DNA from: a virus
DNA length: 64,000 bases
IMG/VR virus record: IMGVR_UViG_3300028654_000015
Span: 14,368 to 78,367 of that record
Strand: one strand, 5' to 3'
A program made the translations under genes and the position numbers. Positions within the stretch are counted from its first letter, which is position 1; each line of letters begins with the position of its first letter. The notes under the pieces were generated by a model that had not been told where the DNA came from, ran no database searches, and saw only the letters and a program-made list of their open reading frames with translations. Shown one piece after another: positions 1-11,595 of the stretch.

Positions 1-1404
1 TTTACTCCTGTTCAGTCTGTATTAATTACACCTACACTTGGTGTATATTCAGCACAAAATATTGAACTAATAGAAGGTCAAAGATTGTCGTTTAGTTGGA
101 CTGTCGATAATACATTACCAATCAAACAAAGATTTATTATACCAAATGCAAATATTGATACTTCTGTATTAGTAGTAAAAGTACAAGAGTCAGTAACAAA
201 TTCTTCTATAGAAATATTCACACTTAATGATGATATTAATGTAGCAAGTCCTACTTCTAAAGTTTACTTTCTACAAGAAGCAAACGACGGAGAATATGAA
301 ATATATTTTGGTGATGGTAATATTGGAGTATCACCTCAAAACGGAAACATTGTAATTGCTGAATATGTAGTTAGCAGTGGTGATGCAGTTCTTGGTGCAA
401 CGTCTTTTGCAGCAGTAAATAAATTGGCAGGATATAATTCATATACTATAAACACTGTTGTTGCAGCGGAAAATTATTTTGATCAAGAATCGATAGATTC
501 TATTAAACTATTAGCACCCTTAAATTATGAAGCACAAAATAGAGCAGTAACAAAGAGTGACTATGAAACATTAATAAAAAAAGATATACCTAGTATTCAA
601 TATGTAAGAGTGTGGGGTGGAGAAGATAACGTACCACCTGAATATGGTAAAGTATTTGTTGCTCTAAAACCTAGTACTGGTCTTTCTTTATCTGAAGATC
701 AGAAAGCAGATATAATCAATACTTATATCAAACCTAGAAATATTATTTCTATTGAAGTAGATATAGTAGAACCAGATTATCTCTTTATAGAAGTAGATGC
801 AATTGTAAATTTCAATTCAAAGATAACCACATTAGATTCTTCAGATATTAGTAATTTAGTAACTTCTGCTATCGAATCATTTGCTACTTCAACATTAAAT
901 GGGTTTGATAGCAATTTTAGATATTCAAAATTAATTCAAGCAATAGATAATGCAGACGAATCTATTGTAGGAAATTTAACTGATATTAAAATAAAATATA
1001 GAATATTTCCACCTTTTAATGTGCCCAAAAATTTCACCATTATTACAAATAATGCATTTAGTACTGGCGACTCATTGAATAATATATCTTCGATCAATTC
1101 AAGTGGGTTTTATTATAAAGGAATACTCACTTATATAAGTGATGATGGTAGGGGCAATCTTTACTTATATCGTATAGTAAATAATCAAAAAATATTGATA
1201 GAATCAAATGTAGGAACCGTAAACTACGTTGCTGGTAGTATTCAATTAAACGGACTTATTGTTCAAAATATACCAAATAGTTTGGATTATATTGACTTTA
1301 TTATAACCCCATCAAAAGATGATATTATATCTTTGCGAGAACAAATTTTATTATTAGATAGTTCTGATATTTCTGTAACTGTAAATGATGTTAATATAAG
1401 TTAA
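1..1404 (+). CDS. gp6: Baseplate wedge subunit gp6 (5'-truncated; frame open from base 1)
   Basis: YEIYFGDG and AQNRAVTKSDYE...VWGGEDNVPPEYGKVF motifs typical of T4-like gp6; frame 1 has no stop upstream of 85. Confidence 0.9.
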   Translation, partial: FTPVQSVLITPTLGVYSAQNIELIEGQRLSFSWTVDNTLPIKQRFIIPNANIDTSVLVVKVQESVTNSSIEIFTLNDDINVASPTSKVYFLQEANDGEYEIYFGDGNIGVSPQNGNIVIAEYVVSSGDAVLGATSFAAVNKLAGYNSYTINTVVAAENYFDQESIDSIKLLAPLNYEAQNRAVTKSDYETLIKKDIPSIQYVRVWGGEDNVPPEYGKVFVALKPSTGLSLSEDQKADIINTYIKPRNIISIEVDIVEPDYLFIEVDAIVNFNSKITTLDSSDISNLVTSAIESFATSTLNGFDSNFRYSKLIQAIDNADESIVGNLTDIKIKYRIFPPFNVPKNFTIITNNAFSTGDSLNNISSINSSGFYYKGILTYISDDGRGNLYLYRIVNNQKILIESNVGTVNYVAGSIQLNGLIVQNIPNSLDYIDFIITPSKDDIISLREQILLLDSSDISVTVNDVNIS

Positions 1405-3062
1405 TGGACCAAACAATATTTCCCATAGGAATAATTTCTCCTTTCACTCCCATTGGAAGTTGTATATTATTGCCTGGTCCTATCACAAGAAATATACAAT
1501 CTATAGTAACATCTGAAGCATTTGGATATCCGAGTGTTGGTAATATTACTTTAACTGGATATTCAATACCTTCACAAGAAGCATTTGGTCCAAAAATTGT
1601 AGTTAATGCCCAAGTTAGATTTCCTGTAGTAAGCCCTGTATTACAAGACGAATTTCCTGCTTTTGTAGCAGAAGATCATCCATTATTTTTGCAATTTATG
1701 GGGGCATATTATGAATGGATGGAAAATGCTGGACAAGCAATATATCAAACAAAAAATCTATTAAACATACAAGATATAGATACTACAGTTGATGATTTTA
1801 TTGATTTTTTCAATAGTGAATTCCTAGTAAATTTTCCAAAGAAAATCACAGCAAACACGCCTTTAGTATTAAAAAATATAAAACAATATTATAGAGCAAG
1901 AGGAACCGAAAAATCTTTTGAATTCTTTTTTAATGTATTGTTTGGTGAAAAGGTTTCGTTTTATTATCCTAGAACAGATATATTAAAAGTATCAGATGGT
2001 AAATGGGTACAACCAAAAACATTAAGAGTATCTTCTATTCAAGGAGACCCATTTCAACTCTTAGGTAGAAAAATCCACGGGAAAACTAATAATGCTACTG
2101 CATTTGTTGAGCAGGTATATAGTGTACAAGAAGGTTTCATAACAATCTATGAACTATATTTGAATATATCAAGTATTACTGGGGAATTTGACGCGGCAGA
2201 AATTTTAGATACATTAGACAATAGCGGAATAGTTTGTCAAATATCATCTCTCCCTGTTGCGATTACTATTATAAATGGTGGAGCAGGATATCAAGTAGAA
2301 CAAGAAGTTATTATAATGGGAAGTGGAGATGGTGCTACAGCAAAAATAACTTCGGTTGATACATTAGGTGCTATTCAAAATGTTGAAATTACAAATTATG
2401 GGGCTGCATATGTTGGTGTAACTAATGTGATATTTCCTATCTATCCAGGAGTAACTAGTCAAGCACATGGTTCAGTGGTAATTGGTGCTTTAACAAACTA
2501 TACAGGATATTATCTAAATGAAGATGGACAACTATCAACTACAAAGTTTCTGCAAGATGGATATTATTATCAGCAATTTTCCTATGTAGTGCAATTATCT
2601 GAATCATTAGTTAGTTATGCTGATGCATTAAAAAAAGAATTACATCCTGCTGGTTTTATATTCTTTGGTAATTTCTTATCTGAAAGTGAAGTCAATGCAC
2701 AAGTAAAAATTCCAGAGGGTGCTGAAGAAGATTTAGAATTATTAGAAGAACCATCAAATATTGTGAAATGTGAATACACAGTAGATAGCGAAACATTGCT
2801 ATTGGATGCATTTCAACAAGATGAAAATTCATATCATCTTGGACCATCATATCGTAGTATTGAAAGAGACAAATTCAAATACAAACCATATCAAGCATAT
2901 AATGCTGCACCTGATGTGGCTGTAGGAGCCAATTCGACATATTGGGACACCTATGCAAACTATCAAATAAAACACTTCAAAGATTATATCGTTGGAGATT
3001 TTAAAAATAAGCCATGGAAACAAACAAAAATACAACCGGAACCAGGGTTTAGAACCGAGTAG
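1404..3062 (+). CDS. Baseplate wedge protein, gp7-like
   Basis: FPAFVAEDHPLFLQFMGAYYEWME, KNIKQYYRARGTEKSFEFFF, LQDGYYYQQFSY and HPAGF motifs; lies between g6 and g8. Confidence 0.75.
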   Translation: MDQTIFPIGIISPFTPIGSCILLPGPITRNIQSIVTSEAFGYPSVGNITLTGYSIPSQEAFGPKIVVNAQVRFPVVSPVLQDEFPAFVAEDHPLFLQFMGAYYEWMENAGQAIYQTKNLLNIQDIDTTVDDFIDFFNSEFLVNFPKKITANTPLVLKNIKQYYRARGTEKSFEFFFNVLFGEKVSFYYPRTDILKVSDGKWVQPKTLRVSSIQGDPFQLLGRKIHGKTNNATAFVEQVYSVQEGFITIYELYLNISSITGEFDAAEILDTLDNSGIVCQISSLPVAITIINGGAGYQVEQEVIIMGSGDGATAKITSVDTLGAIQNVEITNYGAAYVGVTNVIFPIYPGVTSQAHGSVVIGALTNYTGYYLNEDGQLSTTKFLQDGYYYQQFSYVVQLSESLVSYADALKKELHPAGFIFFGNFLSESEVNAQVKIPEGAEEDLELLEEPSNIVKCEYTVDSETLLLDAFQQDENSYHLGPSYRSIERDKFKYKPYQAYNAAPDVAVGANSTYWDTYANYQIKHFKDYIVGDFKNKPWKQTKIQPEPGFRTE

Positions 3063-3100
3063 ATAATCCAAATAGATGAAAATAACTTTTAAATTTTACA

Positions 3101-3108
3101 CATAAATA
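3101..3108 (+). promoter_or_regulatory. T4-type late promoter (CATAAATA)
   Basis: TATAAATA variant 12 nt upstream of the g8 ATG. Confidence 0.6.
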
Positions 3109-3120
3109 AAAAATAGAAAT

Positions 3121-4779
3121 ATGGTTGCGATAATTACAGAACAATTTAGACTAAATCAAGCAAAAGATTTTCTAGATAATTTTACTGATGTTAGTAAAAA
3201 TCTATACTTCTTTATTGCTAGATCTAGACCCTGGCCTACAGATATAGTCAATCATATCAATGAAAATTCACCACCTGCACCACAAGATGATGTAAGTGAA
3301 TTATATGGCATTTGGGACAATATACTTGGATTAAAAAAGATAGATTCGAGTGATACTACCCTAGTAATTCCAAGATTCAACTGGGATAGTACTGGTAATA
3401 CAATCTATAAACCATATGATGATCAAGACGCAGATCTATTCAATCACCCAACACAAAGTGAAGTATCAGCAGCAAATTTAGGTGGATATACAGCAGGTTC
3501 TTTTTTCATCATAACTGATGAATTGAACATTTTTAAATGCCTTAATAATAACAATGGTGCTAAGAGTACAGTAAAACCAACACTCCCATTAAGTTCTCCT
3601 TGGATCGTGTCAACATCTGATGGTTATCAATGGAAGTTTATGGCTTCTGTTTCACCTGCAAATTCGAATAAATTCTTGTCTGATTTGTGGGTACCTGTTC
3701 ATACATTAGGTAATGTTCCTACTGATGGTAGCACACAATGGTCTGTTGAACAAAGTGCAGTCGATGGGGCAATCGATAATTTTATTATTAATAATGTTGG
3801 TTCTGGTTATGCATATGTATTAACTGGTACTTTAATTGGTGCTGGTTCGAATACTGCATCTTTGCCAGCAGGAGCATCTAGTATTACTGGAGCATATGTT
3901 GGGTGTCAGATCTTTATTACAGGAGGAACTGGTTTTCCTTCTTCTCCTAGAACAATTACTGCATATAATGGTTCCACCAAAATTGCAACACTAGATTCTT
4001 CATGGTCTGCTGATAATACTACAACATTTGAAATTTGGCCCGGCGTTGTTGTTTCAGGAAATGGAACTGGTGCCACTGCAAAATTGATTATTAACACATC
4101 AGGACCGAATGTAGGAAAAATTAAACAAGTATTGGTAACAAATGCTGGTTCGAATTATACATACGCTACTGCTTCAATAAATGGTGGTGGAGGTGCAGGA
4201 GCATCTATCAGACCTGTAGTTTCTCCAAAAGGGGGAAATGGCAAAGACATCGAAAAAGAACTTGGGGCATTTTTTAATATGTATGATGTCAGACTTCCTT
4301 ATGATGATGGTTCTGGGGATATTCCACTTTATAATGATTATCGTATTATAGGAATAGTTATAGATGTTTTGAATAGTAATTCTACATTAGCAAGCGCATC
4401 AACTAGAATTGGAGTGAAATCTCTTAATATTATTGGTGAAACTGCTGGTATTGGTGGAGACTTTCAACCAGACGAACTATTAACAGGAGTACTAGGACCA
4501 AACACTGCACAAGCAGCAGCAGTTGAATATATTTCAAGTGGTATAGGAACTGGTTCTTTACGTTTTTGGCAAGATTCTATTACTGGATACAATTCATTTC
4601 TAGATGGTATGGTAGTCACTGGTTCTATTAGTGGTGCAACTGGTACTATTGCTGTATCTGGTGTTGTTGACCGAGAAGTTCTAAAAAATAGTGGAGAAAT
4701 AATTTATATAGAATATAAAAGACCAATCGTTAGAGATGCAGGTCAAACAGAAATTCATAAGTGCATCATAGAATTTTAA
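3121..4779 (+). CDS. gp8: Baseplate wedge subunit gp8
   Basis: AIITEQFRL start, YFFIARSRPW, FKCLNNNNGAKSTVKP, DGYQWKFM and C-terminal SGEIIYIEYKRPIVR...IIEF. Confidence 0.85.
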   Translation: MVAIITEQFRLNQAKDFLDNFTDVSKNLYFFIARSRPWPTDIVNHINENSPPAPQDDVSELYGIWDNILGLKKIDSSDTTLVIPRFNWDSTGNTIYKPYDDQDADLFNHPTQSEVSAANLGGYTAGSFFIITDELNIFKCLNNNNGAKSTVKPTLPLSSPWIVSTSDGYQWKFMASVSPANSNKFLSDLWVPVHTLGNVPTDGSTQWSVEQSAVDGAIDNFIINNVGSGYAYVLTGTLIGAGSNTASLPAGASSITGAYVGCQIFITGGTGFPSSPRTITAYNGSTKIATLDSSWSADNTTTFEIWPGVVVSGNGTGATAKLIINTSGPNVGKIKQVLVTNAGSNYTYATASINGGGGAGASIRPVVSPKGGNGKDIEKELGAFFNMYDVRLPYDDGSGDIPLYNDYRIIGIVIDVLNSNSTLASASTRIGVKSLNIIGETAGIGGDFQPDELLTGVLGPNTAQAAAVEYISSGIGTGSLRFWQDSITGYNSFLDGMVVTGSISGATGTIAVSGVVDREVLKNSGEIIYIEYKRPIVRDAGQTEIHKCIIEF

Positions 4780-4791
4780 TAAGAAAATAAC

Positions 4792-7700
4792 ATGGCAATT
4801 GATCTTTCCCAGCCACCATATAATGACGATTTCGATGAAACTAAAAAGTTTTATCGAATTCTATTTCGTCCTAGTCGAGCAGTACAAGTACGTGAACTGA
4901 ATCAACTTCAGTCAATGATTCAAAAACAAATTGAAAGAATGGGAAATCATATCTTTCAAAATGGAGCACAAGTTCTTCCTGGTAGTGAACAAGGTGTAAA
5001 ATACATTAACAATAATGGGTGGATCAAAATCCCAAGAACTGCGAATGCAGATAATGCAACACAACTGCAAACATACTGGATGGGAAAAACAATTAAAAGT
5101 ACAAGTGGTGCTAGTAATATTACTGCTACTGTAATTGGATTTCGTGAACCAGATTCTATAGATGAAGCCAGATTATATATTACATATCTGAGTGCAGATA
5201 CAATTGACGGTCAAAGTTCTACTTTTTCTGATGGACAAAACATAACAACTGTAGAAATAACACCAATCACTGCAACCTTAGTTGCTTCTGGTTCGAATGG
5301 CTTTATTTCTTCTGTCGTAGTAGAACAAGGTGTATATTTCTTCAACGGTGATTTTGTTTTAGTTGATCAACAAACCGTATTTTTAATTCCAGATAATACA
5401 GAAGATCAAGCATCTTGGACAAATCAACCTACTGCATTAGTTGGGTTAGAAATATCAGAAGTAATTATTACAGCACAAGATGATTCTAGTTTGTTTGATA
5501 ATGCAACTGGTACTCCTAACTTTTCTGCTCCTGGTGCTGATAGATTAAACATAGATGCAACCTTAATTCAAGCATCATTAAATACTATTGATCCAAATTT
5601 TATTGAACTAGTAAAAGTAGTAAATGGTACTGTACAACTTCGTGTAAGTGATACAGAATATTCTGTTATTGCAGATACATTAGCAAGAAGAACTTTCGAT
5701 CAATCAGGTGATTATACTGTTTTACCATTTCAAGCACAAGTTAAAGATTTCTTAAATGAAAATGGCAATGGTGGGGCTCATATTGAAAAAGAATTTTACT
5801 ATCCCACTCAAGCAGCAGCACAGCAAGCATCTATAGATATATTTGAAATTTCTTCTCCTGGCGAAGGATCTTTACATCCTACTGTTGCAGGTGCATGGAT
5901 ACCAGCAGCATCTTATGATGAATTTCTTGCAAACTGTCGTGCAAAATTATCTATAGTAATTGATCCAGGTAAAGCATACGTAAAGGGTTATGAAATTTCA
6001 AAAATTGCTACTAATATAGTAGATATTGATAGAGCCCGTTCATTAAAGTTCAAAAATAATCAAACAATTTTTACACCACTTGGTACATTCATTTATACCG
6101 ATGATATGTTTGGTACACCAGATCTATTAAATTATGATCTTATTGAATTGCATTCAGATCCAGTTGTTACTAACGGTGTAAGTCCTAATGCAAAGATTGG
6201 TAGTGCAAGAATTCTTAGTGTACAATTTTTTAATGGATTAAATGGGACCGCATCTGGCATTTATCAACTGTTTCTATTTGATATTGAAATGGATTCTACG
6301 CATGATTTCTCTGCTGTAAAAGGAATATATGCAGGGAGTCCTACATTTACTTGCAATCCAGTACTATCTACGTTTCAATTAACTGGTAGTGTTGCATCTG
6401 GTACAAATCAATTGGTTGGTACTGGTACTTCATGGAGAAATGATCAAACACAAAGATTATCTCTTGGTGATTGGGTACAAGTTGGTCTTGGGGCAGCCTC
6501 AAAATATTATAAAGTAACACAAGACCCAGATACAGATAATATTTTAAAAGTAAGTCCGAATCCAGCAACAGATAGTCACACATGGGTAGATGGTGCTGTA
6601 ATATCGTATCTGTCTATATCATTACAAAGCAATAGTCCCGATCCTTCTCTATTGTTCAAATTGCCAGACGAATATGTATATACTGTTCGTGGTAGTGATC
6701 AAGATATTGTTAACCCATCAGATATTGAAACTGTATATATTTCTAAGAGAGTTATTGCAGATGGTAATCCTCCAAATTCTACTTCTGATGGTGGAGGAGA
6801 TCTTAATTTCACATTAACAGATCCTAATGAAGAATTTCAAGCATTCTCTACAGAAGATTATGTTGTCATTAGAGAAGATACCGGAGACTGGATTGAATTA
6901 CTACCATATGTTTCTGGTACACCGGGAGCAGGACAAGCAGAAGTTAGACCTGTAGGAAACACACTTACAATTTATACAGGCGTACCTGGTGTAAATTTTT
7001 ATGTTGTTGCATCTATTATCAGAGATGGCGGTTTTGCAGGAAAAGAAAAAGCAAAAACATTGATCAAAGGTTCTTTCGATAATACTGGTACCTACAATGG
7101 TTCATATGTAGAAACAGCAAGTTCAGATGTTACCTTAATATCATTGGGAAAAGCAGATGTACTAAGAATCACTCGTGTTGTTATGTCGCCTGATTATACT
7201 ACATCACCTAGCAACCAACTAACATTACCTTCTGGTCATGTTGATATTACTGGCGCATATACATTAGATAGTGGACAACGAGATTATTATTATGATATAG
7301 GTTCTGCTATTCTAAGACAAGGCAACACAAGACCACAAGGAAAAATTAGAGTTGAATTTGATTATTTTCAGCATGGTAATACTGGAAATTATTTCTCTGT
7401 AGATTCATATCCATTTCAAGGTGGTGGGGCAAATATGAACTATGAAGAAATTCCTGTATTTTCTTCATCAAATGGTATTCAATATCCATTAGCAAGTTGT
7501 ATTGATTTTCGTCCAAGAGTAAATGAACCAGGAGGAATACAAAGTGGATTTTCTACATACTTAGAACCACCACGAGATAATTTCAGAGCAGATTATCATT
7601 TCTATCAAGCAAGAATTGATAAATTATATTTGGACAAAACTGGTGTATTTGCTACGAATAAAGGAACACCAGATCAAAATCCTCAAACTCCTACAGAACC

Positions 7701-10700
7701 AGCAACAGGAATGACAACTCATATTTTAACATTGAGTCCATATACTGCTTCCCCTGCTGCATGTAATATTTCTCTGGTGAATAATAGACGTTATACAATG
7801 AGAGATATTGGTAAGTTAGAAAATAGAATTTCTAATTTAGAATTCTATACTTCTTTATCTTTACTAGAAAAGAATACAAATGATCTTTTCATACCAAATG
7901 CACTTGGACAAAATAAAACAAAACAAGGGTTTCTTGTTGATAACTTTAGTACATTTGATGTTGCTGATCTGACTAATCCAGATTATCATGCAGCAATAGA
8001 TACAACTAATAAAGAAATGAGACCAATGATCTATCAATCAAATGTAGAATTGATTGAAAAGAATTCTTTGATTTCTAATCCTTTATCATTAATAACTGCA
8101 AGAACAAGTTCACATTATCAAGCAACAGGTGAAATTTTTACTTTACCATATACACAAGTTGTAATGGCAGAGCAAGTATTGGCAAGTAAAGTTTCTAACA
8201 TTAATCCGTATGATGTATTTACATATTCTGGATCCATTAAATTAGATCCATGGAGTGATGAATGGATTGATACCACACAATTACTACCAGTGAATGTTCA
8301 AGATTCTGGTGCATATGATGCAATCGCTGGAAGTTTTGGTCCAACTGGAACCATGATTAACTACAGTGCCACATTAAATAATTTCGTTGGTCTTGATACA
8401 ACAAGTACACCAGTAGGACAGACTTCAGTACTTCAAGCAGGTGGAAAAATAGTAGGTCAAGCAAGACAGAATGGACAAAATTACACAAAAACTGCATCTG
8501 GTTTAGTAGTATCAGTTCCACCTGGCTATGCTAATTCTGGTTCTTTAGTAAGTGTTGGTGCTAATACTATTACTAGCCAACAGATTCAAACAACTGTAAC
8601 TGCTAATGTACAGCAAACATCTATAGGTTTACAACAATCAATACAAGATTTAGGGTTTACAAATCCAGTAGATTTAGGCGATAAAGTTATTGATACTTCA
8701 GTAGCAGCATTTATTCGTTCTAGGGATGTTAATTTCACAGGCCAAGCATTAATACCAAATGGTAGAGTATATCCTTTCTTTGATAATGTTGATGTTAGTG
8801 CTTATTGTAAGCCAACTGGTGGTAGTTATGGAGATCCATTAGTATGTGATAATTTCGGAACTGTATCTGGAATATTTACAATACCAAATGATATCAATAC
8901 TGGTGTTCGTTTTAAAACTGGTACTAGAACTTTTAGATTAACAACATCTTCTACAAATCAACAGCAACCTGCACCTGCATCCTGGGCAGATGCACAATAT
9001 GTTGCACAAGGAACAGTTCAGACAAAACAAGATACAACATATTCTACTAGAGCATATACAATTGATAGTAAGATTGTAACTCAAACTGGAAATACTGTTG
9101 CATTATCTTCTAGTTCCATTACTGGTACTCAAACTTCCACACAAGATCCTATTGCAGAAAGTTTCTTCGTTTATGATGATGGTGGTTGTTTTATAACTGA
9201 TATTGATATATTCTTTTATAAGAGACCGACAGACACAAACAAACCAAGACCACCAGTAAAACTACAACTTCGATCTTTAGATGATGGTGGAAATCCATCT
9301 ATTAATATTCTTCCTTTTGGTGAAGTTATTAAACAAGCATATGAGGTAGTAACAAACGTAATAGATCTCACTCAAGGTACATTAACGATTGCTGGTAATG
9401 CAGTAAATGGTACTGTTGGTGTCGATGCTGGTCCATGGACGTCTTCAACTTCTGTTAAAGATTCAGATGGAAAAGAAATATCTGTTCATAATGCATCTGA
9501 TAGAACTATTACAGAAAATACACCATTATCATTAAGTACAACACCTACTGATGATATGATACCCACAAGATTCACATTCGATGCTCCCATATATCTAGAA
9601 CAAAATACAAGTTATTGTTTTGTATTAATTTCTGATAGCAGTGATTACAATGTATGGGTAGCACAATCTGGTCCAGATGTTACTGGTAGAGATGGAGTAG
9701 ATACATTTAGAGATGCTGGTGCAGTTAATACTAATATAGGTACAAATAATCCTATAACAAAAGATCCATATATTGCTGGTGTATATTTCAAATCTCAAAA
9801 TTCAATCTCATGGACAGCAGATCAAACAATAGATATTAAATTTGCAATACATAAAGCAGCATTTGATACCTCTATTAATGGAGAAATTGATTTTATAAAT
9901 GAAGTTCTACCAACAAGAACTTTAACATTAGACCCTCTACAAACATTGAGTGGTTCTTCTTTAGTTCGTGTTTATCATCCTTCACATGGTATGGTTGTTA
10001 GTACACCTCCTACTATGGTAGTATTCTCTGGTATAACTGGTGGGAACGGAATAACTTTAGGTAATTTGAATAGTACTTCTGGTTTACCAATCGTAGCGGC
10101 AGAAATGGATTACTATGTCGTGAATGCTGGTGCTAATGCATCATCTTCTGGTCATACTGGTGGTAATGCAGTAACAGCAACAGAAAACAAAAGATTCGAA
10201 GAATTTATATTTTTAACAACACCATTAGTATTACCAAATACAAATGTAGGATGGAATACACAATTAACTGAAAGTGCTGGTGTTAATGATGACTTTAATA
10301 CTCCATATGTGGTAGAACAAAGAGTAAATACTGTACCAAATACAAAAATCATTCTTAGTAAACCTGCACAAGTATCTTCCTCAATTAATGAACAAAGACC
10401 CACAGATATTCCTACAGGACCATCTCAAGTAACATCTGTTGGACTTGGTGATAATCGTTCTCTTCAATTAAGAGCAGTATTATCTAGTTCTAATGTAAAC
10501 CTATCACCAGTAATTGATACATCTAGATTTAGTATGGTATTAACAGATAATCGATTGGACAATCCTGGTGGATTATCTAGCGATTCGCACAATATTAATT
10601 CTACGTTTGATATTTTTGCATGTCTACCTAGTACAGATGCACCATCAGTTATAGCAAGTTATCTCGCAAGCAAAATATTTTTCAGCACATCTACTGGAAT

Positions 10701-11595
10701 ATTAACTGGCACTGCATTTTCAAATTCTAGTACAACTGTCACTGGTGTTGGTAGTAGATTCTTGGCGGAATTAAATGTTGGTGATACTATTAAAGATCCT
10801 ATCACAGGAGAAGAAAGAACAGTTGTAGAAGTTATAAGCAATACGTCTTTAACAACTGATATCGCATTTAGTTCACTAGCATCTAGTACATTATTGGTAA
10901 ATCCTCCACCATTAAAAATCAAAACAGCAGATTCTAATATTGCTATTCATTTGAGTAAATTAAATGTTGGTAAACTTGCAACATTAACTGGTGCAACTGG
11001 TGATAGAAACTTTACAGATGTTGTTATATTAGATGTATCATATACACCATCTAATACAACACCAGATTCAGATCTACCATCATCTAATCCATCTTTATGT
11101 TCTATTACTTTTGATTATCGTCCGACTCATGCAGCAGGACTAGATACTTCTACCTCTATGGCCCTAACTCAGAAAGATCATTTCATTGATGAAATCTCAC
11201 CTATAGGTGGAAGTTGTTCTGCAAAATATATAGCACAACCAATTATACTTGCTAGTCCAGCAAATTCTTTGAAAGTATTATTTGATGCTAATAGAGATGT
11301 TACAAATGAAATTGATGTATATTACAAATTAGTACCACCAAATAGTAATGCAGCATCTATTACAAATTCAAATTGGACTCTTGCACAGTATAATTTAGAT
11401 CCTGATGGTTCTGGTAATTTGCAAGATTTTACTCCTTCTCCAAATGCAAATTATTCTGATTTTAGTTCATATGAAGTGAATGTTTTGAATTTACCTAGTT
11501 TCATTGGTGCACAAATAAAAATTGTATTGAGAGGTGGAAACCCTGCAACTCCTCCAAGAATAAAGAACTTCCAATTAATTACATTGGAGGAATAA
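4792..11595 (+). CDS. Large virion structural protein, VrlC/DUF4815-like
   Basis: PYNDDFDETKKFYRILFRPSRAVQVRELNQLQS, APGADRL, LARRTFDQSGDY, RRYTMRDIGKLENRI and DPIAESF motifs. Confidence 0.8.
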   Translation: MAIDLSQPPYNDDFDETKKFYRILFRPSRAVQVRELNQLQSMIQKQIERMGNHIFQNGAQVLPGSEQGVKYINNNGWIKIPRTANADNATQLQTYWMGKTIKSTSGASNITATVIGFREPDSIDEARLYITYLSADTIDGQSSTFSDGQNITTVEITPITATLVASGSNGFISSVVVEQGVYFFNGDFVLVDQQTVFLIPDNTEDQASWTNQPTALVGLEISEVIITAQDDSSLFDNATGTPNFSAPGADRLNIDATLIQASLNTIDPNFIELVKVVNGTVQLRVSDTEYSVIADTLARRTFDQSGDYTVLPFQAQVKDFLNENGNGGAHIEKEFYYPTQAAAQQASIDIFEISSPGEGSLHPTVAGAWIPAASYDEFLANCRAKLSIVIDPGKAYVKGYEISKIATNIVDIDRARSLKFKNNQTIFTPLGTFIYTDDMFGTPDLLNYDLIELHSDPVVTNGVSPNAKIGSARILSVQFFNGLNGTASGIYQLFLFDIEMDSTHDFSAVKGIYAGSPTFTCNPVLSTFQLTGSVASGTNQLVGTGTSWRNDQTQRLSLGDWVQVGLGAASKYYKVTQDPDTDNILKVSPNPATDSHTWVDGAVISYLSISLQSNSPDPSLLFKLPDEYVYTVRGSDQDIVNPSDIETVYISKRVIADGNPPNSTSDGGGDLNFTLTDPNEEFQAFSTEDYVVIREDTGDWIELLPYVSGTPGAGQAEVRPVGNTLTIYTGVPGVNFYVVASIIRDGGFAGKEKAKTLIKGSFDNTGTYNGSYVETASSDVTLISLGKADVLRITRVVMSPDYTTSPSNQLTLPSGHVDITGAYTLDSGQRDYYYDIGSAILRQGNTRPQGKIRVEFDYFQHGNTGNYFSVDSYPFQGGGANMNYEEIPVFSSSNGIQYPLASCIDFRPRVNEPGGIQSGFSTYLEPPRDNFRADYHFYQARIDKLYLDKTGVFATNKGTPDQNPQTPTEPATGMTTHILTLSPYTASPAACNISLVNNRRYTMRDIGKLENRISNLEFYTSLSLLEKNTNDLFIPNALGQNKTKQGFLVDNFSTFDVADLTNPDYHAAIDTTNKEMRPMIYQSNVELIEKNSLISNPLSLITARTSSHYQATGEIFTLPYTQVVMAEQVLASKVSNINPYDVFTYSGSIKLDPWSDEWIDTTQLLPVNVQDSGAYDAIAGSFGPTGTMINYSATLNNFVGLDTTSTPVGQTSVLQAGGKIVGQARQNGQNYTKTASGLVVSVPPGYANSGSLVSVGANTITSQQIQTTVTANVQQTSIGLQQSIQDLGFTNPVDLGDKVIDTSVAAFIRSRDVNFTGQALIPNGRVYPFFDNVDVSAYCKPTGGSYGDPLVCDNFGTVSGIFTIPNDINTGVRFKTGTRTFRLTTSSTNQQQPAPASWADAQYVAQGTVQTKQDTTYSTRAYTIDSKIVTQTGNTVALSSSSITGTQTSTQDPIAESFFVYDDGGCFITDIDIFFYKRPTDTNKPRPPVKLQLRSLDDGGNPSINILPFGEVIKQAYEVVTNVIDLTQGTLTIAGNAVNGTVGVDAGPWTSSTSVKDSDGKEISVHNASDRTITENTPLSLSTTPTDDMIPTRFTFDAPIYLEQNTSYCFVLISDSSDYNVWVAQSGPDVTGRDGVDTFRDAGAVNTNIGTNNPITKDPYIAGVYFKSQNSISWTADQTIDIKFAIHKAAFDTSINGEIDFINEVLPTRTLTLDPLQTLSGSSLVRVYHPSHGMVVSTPPTMVVFSGITGGNGITLGNLNSTSGLPIVAAEMDYYVVNAGANASSSGHTGGNAVTATENKRFEEFIFLTTPLVLPNTNVGWNTQLTESAGVNDDFNTPYVVEQRVNTVPNTKIILSKPAQVSSSINEQRPTDIPTGPSQVTSVGLGDNRSLQLRAVLSSSNVNLSPVIDTSRFSMVLTDNRLDNPGGLSSDSHNINSTFDIFACLPSTDAPSVIASYLASKIFFSTSTGILTGTAFSNSSTTVTGVGSRFLAELNVGDTIKDPITGEERTVVEVISNTSLTTDIAFSSLASSTLLVNPPPLKIKTADSNIAIHLSKLNVGKLATLTGATGDRNFTDVVILDVSYTPSNTTPDSDLPSSNPSLCSITFDYRPTHAAGLDTSTSMALTQKDHFIDEISPIGGSCSAKYIAQPIILASPANSLKVLFDANRDVTNEIDVYYKLVPPNSNAASITNSNWTLAQYNLDPDGSGNLQDFTPSPNANYSDFSSYEVNVLNLPSFIGAQIKIVLRGGNPATPPRIKNFQLITLEE

